DNA of 10,363 nt from positions 1 through 10,363 of the forward strand of contig JAVLKG010000029.1 in NCBI GenBank assembly GCA_032128875.1, read 5' to 3'. The translations under genes were made by a program, and so were the position numbers. Below, piece by piece: positions 1 through 6,765 of the stretch. The stretch comes from Candidatus Melainabacteria bacterium 17Bon1m. GTDB lineage: Bacteria; Cyanobacteriota; Vampirovibrionia; Obscuribacterales; Obscuribacteraceae. Each line of letters starts with the position of its first letter. Position 1 is the first letter of the stretch. The notes beneath the pieces are model-generated. The model was not told the DNA's origin, did not search any database, and was given only the letters and a program-made list of their open reading frames with translations.

Positions 1-1
1 T

Positions 2-100
2 TTCTCTCGCCTTGATTCAACACGACGAATAGATAATCCATTCGAAGCTGTCAAGGCCATCATAAAAGGGGAGCCGCCATGCGTCGCCCTGTTCTTGTAA
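2..100 (+). CDS. possible 3' end of an upstream gene entering the window (FSRLDSTRRIDNPFEAVKAIIKGEPPCVALFL*)
   Basis: Frame 2 is open from the window edge to TAA at 98-100, immediately before the palindromic repeat cluster. Too short to assign a product. Confidence 0.3.
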   Translation, partial: FSRLDSTRRIDNPFEAVKAIIKGEPPCVALFL

Positions 101-150
101 GGGAGCCGCATGCGGCTCCCTGCGCAGGGAAGCGCATGCGCTTCCCGTAC
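97..150. repeat. inverted doublet of REP-like palindromes (REPIN-like)
   Basis: GTAA-GGGAGCCGCATGCGGCTCCC-TGC (97-123) faces GCA-GGGAAGCGCATGCGCTTCCC-GTAC (124-150). Perfect palindromes at 100-121 (22 bp) and 127-146 (20 bp), both centred on GCATGC. Confidence 0.75.
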
Positions 151-211
151 AGAAAAAAGGGCGCATACGAAGCGCAGCGCGCAGCAATGACCGGAGCGCA
201 TAAAGAAATGA

Positions 212-235
212 GAGCGCGTGCAACGCGCCCCCACG
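212..235 (-). repeat. REP-like element, copy 1 (minus strand CGTGG-GGGCGCGT-TGC-ACGCGCTC)
   Basis: 24 bp identical to 2022-2045; GTGG tetranucleotide followed by a GC-rich hairpin; lies 25 bp past the stop codon at 261. Confidence 0.8.
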
Positions 236-260
236 GTAGTCTGTGATCAGCAGACAGCTT

Positions 261-1223
261 TTATCGAGCGTACATATGCACCGGGCTCATGCCCACTGCA
301 ACCATCGCATTGTCCGGCACAGTGTTGTGTGATCCGGAATTCGATTGTGCTCTTCTATTCTCATCTTTCACAAGCAGCGCGTTACGCAGAGCTTCGTTCT
401 CCGGTACGCTGCAGTCCATCAAAAGCTCATCGATGCTCTTCGGTCTTTCGTAGCCTTCAAATTGCTCAGCAGGTCTGTCGGCTAGTCCCGAAAGGCTGAT
501 GGACAGCTGCATTACTTCGTCGACGTTGTGGCAAGGCAACATACTTGCCATGACTTTTCCGCCGCGATTTTGCGCTAGATACTTGAGTCCGGATTCGTAG
601 CTGGTTTCGACCCATCCGTCTTGGAATGAGTAGACCCCGACAATATGTCCGCCGAAGATGTACACCATGCAAACAGCCATGTCTTGATGGTTGTTGACCA
701 CAATGCAACCTGGCATATTGCTTCTCATCAGCATTTCGCAAGACGATTCGAATGTTTGCTCAGCCGTGAGATCTGGTGCAAACATCAAAGAATTACCATG
801 GAAAAGTGCGCCTGCCGCGAGTACGAGATCTTCTGGCAGCATGTATGCATCAAGAAGACTTTCAGGGTGACCGAGATCGGCGACGGCTCTCTCCAGCGCA
901 TCAGCGCCAAAGAGCTGGTGTCCCAGTCTTTTGTTGCCGTATAAGCACCCAATTACGCGACCACGGAAAACCATGATAGCTGCGCGTGATTTGTGGAATG
1001 GCGAAATCACTCGCAGGCAGCAAGTTTGATGGTTTCCTTCGATGGATACTAAAAGTTGTTGGTGTTTCAATCCATTAGATTGATTGACTTCGCGAACTTC
1101 GCGGTTTGGAGGAACCGGCACCAGTCCAATCGCACGGCGATTGACTCCCGGTGTTTCCTCATGTCCAGACAAGATCTTGGCGATCTTTGATCTGGTGTCA
1201 CGTTTTTCTTTCCAAGCGAACAT
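261..1223 (-). CDS. hypothetical protein (320 aa) with two tandem PATAN/DUF4388-like repeats
   Basis: Long ORF. GGAG lies 5 nt before the ATG at 1223, so this start is preferred to the GTG at 1229. Two segments share the pattern helix-(T/G)C(L/I)xV..(I/V)x(V/I)FxGx(V/I)(I/V)Gxx..helix. The domain call is by eye. Confidence 0.75.
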   Translation of the reverse strand: MFAWKEKRDTRSKIAKILSGHEETPGVNRRAIGLVPVPPNREVREVNQSNGLKHQQLLVSIEGNHQTCCLRVISPFHKSRAAIMVFRGRVIGCLYGNKRLGHQLFGADALERAVADLGHPESLLDAYMLPEDLVLAAGALFHGNSLMFAPDLTAEQTFESSCEMLMRSNMPGCIVVNNHQDMAVCMVYIFGGHIVGVYSFQDGWVETSYESGLKYLAQNRGGKVMASMLPCHNVDEVMQLSISLSGLADRPAEQFEGYERPKSIDELLMDCSVPENEALRNALLVKDENRRAQSNSGSHNTVPDNAMVAVGMSPVHMYAR

Positions 1224-1373
1224 TATCACTCCAGTGGGGCGGTGGGGCTGGATGGGATGTCTTAGGTTTTGGTCTGGGAAGACACTGTCAGATTAACAAA
1301 ATGAAAGGAGCAATGTAATTCGTGAAACTACGCAAAACTCCACGACACATTCGTAAGAATACGAAGCTTTAGA

Positions 1374-1817
1374 TTAGAATCCACCGATGGCGTCTTGGAC
1401 ATGAGTAATTACTGGGTTTGGCAGATCGTCGTCCCCGCAAATGCTCATTTCATATTGGTCGCAGACAAACGTAACGACCACAACGTCAAATCTATAGCGG
1501 CTTTTGAGAAGGTGGCGCTCGGCAAGATAACATCGCGCTGATGTTACGATCTTTTTCTTCTTTTCCCGCGTGATAGCGTCGAATCCGGCTGTTTGAAACC
1601 CCGCTTGTACTCTTGGGTAGCAGCGGGTTTTTACTTCCAAAAAGACGTATATGCCTTGCGTATCTCGAGCGATAATATCGATTTCGCCGTGTCTGCCATT
1701 GCGCCAATTGCTTGCATCAATTTCCCAACCCATTTCTTGCAATCGAGTGGCCACGAGCTGTTCGCCCAGGTTGCCCAGGCGTTTTTTCCAAGTACTAACA
1801 GCACTGACGACTTTCAC
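1374..1817 (-). CDS. yraN: YraN family protein (UPF0102, PD-(D/E)xK nuclease-like)
   Basis: Motifs LGNLGEQLV, NWR..GEIDIIARD, VFLEVKTR, ITREKKKKI and RFDVVVV; AGAAGG upstream of the GTG start. Confidence 0.93.
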   Translation of the reverse strand: MKVVSAVSTWKKRLGNLGEQLVATRLQEMGWEIDASNWRNGRHGEIDIIARDTQGIYVFLEVKTRCYPRVQAGFQTAGFDAITREKKKKIVTSARCYLAERHLLKSRYRFDVVVVTFVCDQYEMSICGDDDLPNPVITHVQDAIGGF

Positions 1818-1900
1818 TGCAACGACCTTCTAATTGCTTTCGACTACTTCCTATTCGACTAACTTATTAGACGAGGTCCGCAGTTAAAAAGTTCAATTCT

Positions 1901-1966
1901 AAAAGCCGGCGAGCCGCCGGCGCTCCCAGGAAAAGCCGGCGAGCCGCCGGCGCTCCGGAAAAGCCG
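1901..1966 (-). repeat. tandem repeat of a GC-rich hairpin unit (two full copies plus a partial third), terminator-like on the minus strand
   Basis: AAAAGCCGGCGAGCCGCCGGCGCTCC at 1901-1926 and 1931-1956, partial AAAAGCCG at 1959-1966. Each full unit has the stem GCCGGCG-AGC-CGCCGGC, followed by TTTT on the minus strand. Confidence 0.8.
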
Positions 1967-2021
1967 TTGCGCATATAAGGTGAGCTTCTGCACCACGCTT
2001 CATCAACGTGTATACAATGAC

Positions 2022-2045
2022 GAGCGCGTGCAACGCGCCCCCACG
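2022..2045 (-). repeat. REP-like element, copy 2
   Basis: Identical to 212-235; lies 7 bp past the MBOAT stop codon. Confidence 0.8.
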
Positions 2046-2052
2046 ATTTTAG

Positions 2053-3513
2053 CTAAAACTGGAAGTACACAAACGGGCGGAAGTCGCCGCTGGACAAGAT
2101 CCAGCAGGTGATCGCGACACACATCGCAGTTTGCGTCTTGAGAAAGAGCGGCAACGGTCGAAAGTGACTATTGTACAAGCGTACGCCTAGTGGACCGGTA
2201 TACATTGTGAGGGCAACCAGCAGCGCCGTAACGATTGCTGCCCACTGATTCGAAGATATTGTCGAAGCGAGCTGATTAAAGAGCTGATCGACCCTTGCAA
2301 GGTGTTTCAACAGAACAACCATAGTCTTGAGATTGGGCGAGCCGAAAATCACAAGACTCAATGCCACGATTGTTTGGGTTAGCACGCGAGAGAAAACGTT
2401 GTACGCCAGCGATGAGTCGAGATAGGCTTTCAGCGCCGGATTGGCGCGTCCTACCTTTAAGTAGAGTGCGCGGTACGCTTGATAGAAAGCCAACAAACAT
2501 CCGTGGAAGAATCCCCAGATGATAAACGTCCAGCCCGCGCCATGCCATGCGCCCGCAAGCGTCATGACAAAGATTACGACAAGGGCGAGCTGCAATGAAT
2601 TGGACGTTATACCGCCAAGCGGCACGAACAAGTAGTCGCGAATCCACTTGGTGAGCGAAATATGCCAGCGCGACCAGAAGTCGCGAATGTTGGTGGCTGC
2701 GCATGGATGATTGAAGTTGAGTGGCAGTTCGATATTGAATAGCAGCGACACGCCGCGTGCGATGTGCGTGTATCCAAGCAGATCGAAATATACTCGACCG
2801 GCAAATGCGAGCGCGCCTAAATAGGTGTTGAGAACGGACGTTGCATTCGGATTTGCAAACATCGGATCGCTGATGGTCGCGGCTCCATCTGCAAAAATTA
2901 CTTTGAAAACAAAGCCGAGCAGAACTAACTCGATCCCTTGTGCCAGTCGTTGTTTGGATGCAAGTTGTAACGGCGCATCAAACTGTTTGAATAACGCTTT
3001 GAAGCGAATGATAGGCCCAGAGAGCAAATGCGGAAAGTACATGATGAAGAAGTTGTACTTCAGCCATGTTGGTGCAGGCGGTGAGCCTCGGTACACGTCG
3101 ACCAGATAGCTGATTGCTTCAAATGTATAGAATGAAATGCCGAGCGGAAGGATAATATTTAGGCTTTCAGGTAAGGCATGCTGCAGCCCGAGCTTTTCTG
3201 CAATTGGTCTTGCGGTCTCAAGGAAAAACTTTGAGTATTTGAAGATGCCCAGAATGACAAGGTTTAGCGCTATCGCTGAAAACAGTACCGTTTTTCGGTG
3301 CGCCCTCGATGTGCTCTTCGCTATGAATTTACTCGCCGCATAATCAACAGTCGTAGTGAGCAAAATCACCGCTATGAAACCCAGGCTCCAGTAGGCGTAG
3401 AAAACATAACTCGCCGCAAGCAAGAAGGCTGCACGGAAGCGCGCCGGAAGTAGCGCATATGCAGTCCACACAATCAGTAGAAATGCGATGAAATCGCAAG
3501 AGACGAAATTCAT
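2053..3513 (-). CDS. membrane-bound O-acyltransferase (MBOAT), AlgI/DltB/PatA-like
   Basis: Motifs LPLGISFYTFEAISYLVDVYRG, FPHLLSGPIIR, DFWSRWHISLTKWIRDYLFVPLGG and GAWHGAGWTFIIWG (catalytic His, codon 2542-2544); C-terminal PFVYFQF; many hydrophobic segments. Confidence 0.95.
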   Translation of the reverse strand: MNFVSCDFIAFLLIVWTAYALLPARFRAAFLLAASYVFYAYWSLGFIAVILLTTTVDYAASKFIAKSTSRAHRKTVLFSAIALNLVILGIFKYSKFFLETARPIAEKLGLQHALPESLNIILPLGISFYTFEAISYLVDVYRGSPPAPTWLKYNFFIMYFPHLLSGPIIRFKALFKQFDAPLQLASKQRLAQGIELVLLGFVFKVIFADGAATISDPMFANPNATSVLNTYLGALAFAGRVYFDLLGYTHIARGVSLLFNIELPLNFNHPCAATNIRDFWSRWHISLTKWIRDYLFVPLGGITSNSLQLALVVIFVMTLAGAWHGAGWTFIIWGFFHGCLLAFYQAYRALYLKVGRANPALKAYLDSSLAYNVFSRVLTQTIVALSLVIFGSPNLKTMVVLLKHLARVDQLFNQLASTISSNQWAAIVTALLVALTMYTGPLGVRLYNSHFRPLPLFLKTQTAMCVAITCWILSSGDFRPFVYFQF

Positions 3514-4285
3514 TTCCTGCCAAACTGTTTTGCGAACCGAGAATCAGAGAGCCGCTGCGCTAGTATCTCTGAAATGTGCATGGAACCGAGCGCGTTGTGA
3601 TGATTCCATGTTGAGAAATCGGCGCGTTCCAAATTTGCTTTGCGCAAGTCTATGAAATCAATGTTGTTGAGACGGAGCCATACTGCGACTTTCGCTGTGC
3701 ATTCGTCTGGTGTAATGTTTTTGCCGCTATAGAGAAATGTTTTGTCCGCGAGCTCAGGCATCCATAAGGCGGTGAGTGGCAGTTTGTGTGCGTTGCAAAA
3801 GTCGCGCATCATTTCAATGTTGCTGAAATCCCACAGCCATTTTTGTGTGGGTAGTTTGCCCGTCTTTTCCGTGAAGTCGCGCCAGGAGGTTTGCGTGTAC
3901 CTGTCCAGATCTTGATCCGAAACAAATCCGTACCATGGACTCCAGCCAGCAAGCGAGACTTGTGAGTGCACATACGGAATTGGACCACGAGAGCGAAATG
4001 CTTCCGGGGCGGTGATGTAGTTTACGGCAGAGTGAAGATATTGGCACCAGTGCTTACGATATCGAGATAAGTACGAATATTGATCGAGGCGAGGAAGCGC
4101 GCCAGGCACTCCGCGATTGCGCATGTCAAAAGTAGAGCTGCGATGATTGTTGCCGCCGATTTGAAAGTGTTTGTTCCAAAACTACGTTCTTTTCGGGCTC
4201 GGCTCGACGAGTTGACGCCAGCGGTCGCCAAATCTCCCTCGGAGACTGCATCTTGGCTTGGTTTCGTTGCCGTACCCGTTGACAT
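3510..4285 (-). pseudogene. split or internally deleted membrane-anchored SGNH-like acyltransferase partner of the MBOAT (fragments 4285..4022 and 4124..3510)
   Basis: The N-terminal fragment has a TM anchor ending in AECLAR. The overlapping -1 frame carries SYLSRYR and C-terminal LWMP..IDFIDL..FSTWNHHNALG (FxDxxHLNxxG-like). The stop overlaps the MBOAT start (ATGA, 3510-3513). No GxS block is visible in the N-terminal region. Confidence 0.65.
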
Positions 4286-4426
4286 GAAAATAGCTCGAAA
4301 GCGGCGCGCTGCTTGCTTCTGGCTGAATATAGCATCGCCGGATTCCGGTCTTCAAGAAGTACCTGCTAATGATCGGCTTCGTTACGCTCCGAGGGCGTTT
4401 TGCTGGTCCTTCTCAAGGTGTACCTT

Positions 4427-4432
4427 TATAAT
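4427..4432 (+). promoter_or_regulatory. candidate sigma70 -10 element for serS
   Basis: Perfect TATAAT about 115 bp upstream of the serS ATG in the divergent intergenic region; no convincing -35 at 17 bp spacing. Confidence 0.45.
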
Positions 4433-4439
4433 TGAATTT

Positions 4440-4512
4440 CCGACCAGTTTTGCTGGTCGGTCTTGTCTGTTCACCGTATTCCGGTGGCGACGCCAGGAAT
4501 CACTGTGAACGG
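4440..4512 (+). promoter_or_regulatory. structured 5' leader of serS (two hairpins)
   Basis: CCGACCAG-TTTTG-CTGGTCGG (4440-4460) and a long bulged hairpin at 4467-4512 (CTGTTCAC/GTGAACGG, ATTCC/GGAAT, TGGC/GCCA). Confidence 0.45.
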
Positions 4513-4547
4513 CTATTGATTTAGACGTACATACGGAGAGTACAGTC

Positions 4548-5822
4548 ATGTTAGACCTTAGATTAATTAGAGAAGATTTGGAGAAAGTAGAGAAAGCTCT
4601 CGCTCGCCGGAATGGTGGGTTCTCCGTTCGATCTCTTGTCGAGGTCGACGAAAAGTTTCGCAAGGCGCTTGCCGAGTGGGAAGGCATGCGCGCTCGCAGC
4701 AATCAAATTTCTGGTGAATTCAAAACCGGGCAAGTCGCAGCCGAAAACAAGGAAAAACTGCAAGCCGAGTCCAAAGAACTGAAAGCTAATCTGGCCAATG
4801 TTGAAAAGGACAAGATTGAGCTTGCGGCTAAGCTTGATGAGCTTTTGTTGGCGATTCCCAACATGCCTGATCCGAGTGTTCCGGACGGTAAGGACGAAAC
4901 CGGCAATGTCGAGCAAAAACGATGGGGAGAAATTCCCAAGATCACCAGCCCGAAAGAGCATTGGGAGCTGGGAACAGCACTCAAGTGCTTTGACTTCGAG
5001 CGCGGTGTAAAGCTCTCTGAGTCTCGGTTTACGGTGCTGCTTGAAGTGGGCGCCAAGATGGAGCGCGCATTGATGAATTTCATGCTCGACTTCCATTCAA
5101 AGCATGGATACAGAGAAGTGTTTCCTCCCATTCTCGTTAATCGCACTTGCATGCAAGGCACCGGACAATTGCCGAAATTCGACGGTGATTTTTATAAGTG
5201 CGCTGATGATGAGCTTTATCTTGTTCCGACGTCGGAAGTATCAGTGACGAATCTTTATCGCGATGAAGTGATTGAAGAAGCAGATTTGCCGATCTATCAC
5301 ACTGCTTACTCGCCAAACTTCAGGCGTGAAGCGGGAAGCGCTGGTAAAGATACGCGCGGCTACATCCGTCAGCATCAGTTCAACAAAGTTGAGCTGGTCA
5401 AATTCTGCTTGCCGGAAAAGTCGGAAGAAGAGCATGAAACGCTGACCTTGCAAGCTGAAGCGATCTTGGAAGCGTTGCAACTTCCGTATCGCCGTATGCT
5501 TCTTTGTGCCGGTGATATGGGCTTCTCTGCCAAAAAGTGCTACGACCTCGAGGTCTGGTTTCCCGGGCAAGATAAATACCGTGAAATCAGTTCGTGCAGT
5601 AATTTCGGTGATTTCCAAGCGCGTCGAACGAATCTTAGATATCGTCCGGCAGATGGTGGAAAGCCGCGTTTTATGCACACTCTAAATGGCTCGGGTCTGG
5701 CGATCGGACGCACTCTGGCTGCTATTTTGGAAAACTTCCAGCAGCCTGACGGCTCTGTCATCGTTCCGAAGGTTCTCAGTCCCTACCTCCATGGGCTGGA
5801 AGTACTTGAGCCAAAGCGCTAG
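4548..5822 (+). CDS. serS: serine--tRNA ligase
   Basis: MLD start with coiled-coil arm, IPNMPDPSVPDGKDE, LVPTSEV, FRREAGSAGKDTRGYIRQHQFNKVE, YDLEVW, YREISSCSN, HTLNGSGLAIGR; RBS GGAG at 4535-4538. Confidence 0.99.
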   Translation: MLDLRLIREDLEKVEKALARRNGGFSVRSLVEVDEKFRKALAEWEGMRARSNQISGEFKTGQVAAENKEKLQAESKELKANLANVEKDKIELAAKLDELLLAIPNMPDPSVPDGKDETGNVEQKRWGEIPKITSPKEHWELGTALKCFDFERGVKLSESRFTVLLEVGAKMERALMNFMLDFHSKHGYREVFPPILVNRTCMQGTGQLPKFDGDFYKCADDELYLVPTSEVSVTNLYRDEVIEEADLPIYHTAYSPNFRREAGSAGKDTRGYIRQHQFNKVELVKFCLPEKSEEEHETLTLQAEAILEALQLPYRRMLLCAGDMGFSAKKCYDLEVWFPGQDKYREISSCSNFGDFQARRTNLRYRPADGGKPRFMHTLNGSGLAIGRTLAAILENFQQPDGSVIVPKVLSPYLHGLEVLEPKR

Positions 5823-6591
5823 TCCCGAGATACTCAGTGACGACGAGTTCGGACTGATCCAGCCCGTCCGGGCGCATTTTCGCCTGGTCGGCTGGTTCTG
5901 CGTCGCCTCTGCGATCGTGAGTGTTTTTGCATTATTGATGTCACTACAGGTGGTGCGCGTTGGCGATTTGCTCGCCTTCTCGCCGGTCAAGCTCATGCGT
6001 TTTATCGCCGATCACCAGCTGATCTGGCGCCTCGATTGCCTGCTCAATGCGCTTTCGTCTGTCTCGAAAGTGCTTGTTTTTCTAATGCTGAATATCATCG
6101 TGGACAGAAAAGCGCGCTTGCTGACAAGAATTGGTTTGATTCTTTCTATGATCGGCGTCGCCGTCGATATGTGCGCACAGGTCTCGCTGATGGTTGTTTT
6201 GTCTGATTTGGCTGTTCAGTTGAAGCTGAACTCCAGCTATCTCAAGCAAGACCTTTTGCAACTTTCCTGGATGATTATCAATCAGGCTCTTGGTCAGTTG
6301 ATTCTTGTCTCCAACCTTATGTATTCGATTGGCGGGCTCACTGCCACGGTTGGCCTGCTAATGACAAAGGCGCTGCCTAAGTGGCTCTTCTGGATTGGCA
6401 TGCCGGTTTGGCTGTTGAGCTTTTCGGGGACGTTCGTCTCTTTCTTTGGTCAGTTGTATTTGGCAATCTCATTACTCCTGGGGTTTTCGCTCGGATTTGT
6501 GGTCTGGGCGGTGGTTTTAGCCATCGTGTTGGATTTGAGAGCTCGCCCTGAGCACACAAGTTCGTCCAGCCAATTAATTGAATTTCAGTAA
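5791..6591 (+). CDS. polytopic membrane protein (about 6 TM; DUF4386-like, tentative)
   Basis: ORF with repeated hydrophobic helices and an LPKWLFWIG segment. Start is uncertain: ATG 5791 or TTG 5806, both overlapping the end of serS. The track start at 5686 lies deep inside serS. Confidence 0.75.
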   Translation: MGWKYLSQSASPEILSDDEFGLIQPVRAHFRLVGWFCVASAIVSVFALLMSLQVVRVGDLLAFSPVKLMRFIADHQLIWRLDCLLNALSSVSKVLVFLMLNIIVDRKARLLTRIGLILSMIGVAVDMCAQVSLMVVLSDLAVQLKLNSSYLKQDLLQLSWMIINQALGQLILVSNLMYSIGGLTATVGLLMTKALPKWLFWIGMPVWLLSFSGTFVSFFGQLYLAISLLLGFSLGFVVWAVVLAIVLDLRARPEHTSSSSQLIEFQ

Positions 6592-6765
6592 ATTGGCTGG
6601 ATTGTCGCGCCAGCCAATTTGATATATCCTTTTAGTGGTTGGATACTGGTGAGTGCCAATATTAGGGCGCTGTAATCATCGGGCTAACCTTTGAAGCAGA
6701 CCAATTGGTTGGATTGGCTGTATCTGTCAGCGCTGAATTGAGGTTCGTCTCATGAATTGGCTGGA
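6565..6765. promoter_or_regulatory. array of AATTGGYTGGA sites, candidate operator of the MocR-family regulator
   Basis: TCCAGCCAATT 6565-6575, AATTGGCTGGA 6591-6601, CCAGCCAATT 6610-6619, TGGTTGGA 6636-6643, AATTGGTTGGA 6703-6713, ATTGGCTGTA 6713-6722, AATTGGCTGGA 6755-6765. Confidence 0.75.
6602..6630 (+). promoter_or_regulatory. candidate sigma70 promoter for the regulator-pdxST unit
   Basis: TTGTCG (6602-6607), 17 bp, TATCCT (6625-6630). The -35 sits inside the inverted repeat 6590-6600/6610-6620. Confidence 0.5.

Noticed and set aside
17..499. ORFs 17..223 (-) and 218..499 (+)
   Set aside because: They run through palindromic repeats or antisense to the 1223..261 gene.
1901..1966. CRISPR array
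   Set aside because: Units are separated by only 2-4 bp, with no unique spacers and no cas genes in the window.
3510..4124. Independent 204-aa gene starting at ATG 4124
   Set aside because: No clear RBS, and the first codons overlap the TM anchor of the upstream frame. Better explained as the distal part of one broken gene.
4022..4124. Programmed -1 ribosomal frameshift
   Set aside because: No X-XXY-YYZ slippery heptamer is visible in the overlap between the two frames.
4286..4547. Canonical T-box riboswitch upstream of serS
   Set aside because: Only a GGTGGC core is present. I find no stem I AG bulge or specifier loop, no convincing antiterminator pairing and no terminator downstream of the core. 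Kept only as a speculative leader.
5686..5790. N-terminal extension of the membrane protein
   Set aside because: It overlaps conserved serS motif 3 in another frame; a later start is more plausible.
4080..5996. ORFs 4080..4508, 4382..4702, 4563..5096, 4703..5161, 5241..5678 and 5682..5996
   Set aside because: They are antisense or overlapping shadows of serS and neighbouring genes, with no protein-family signal.
6590..6620. Intrinsic terminator after the membrane protein gene
   Set aside because: The hairpin is possible, but its arms are the same motif repeated many times nearby and no U-tract follows it, so an operator fits better. A dual role is not excluded.
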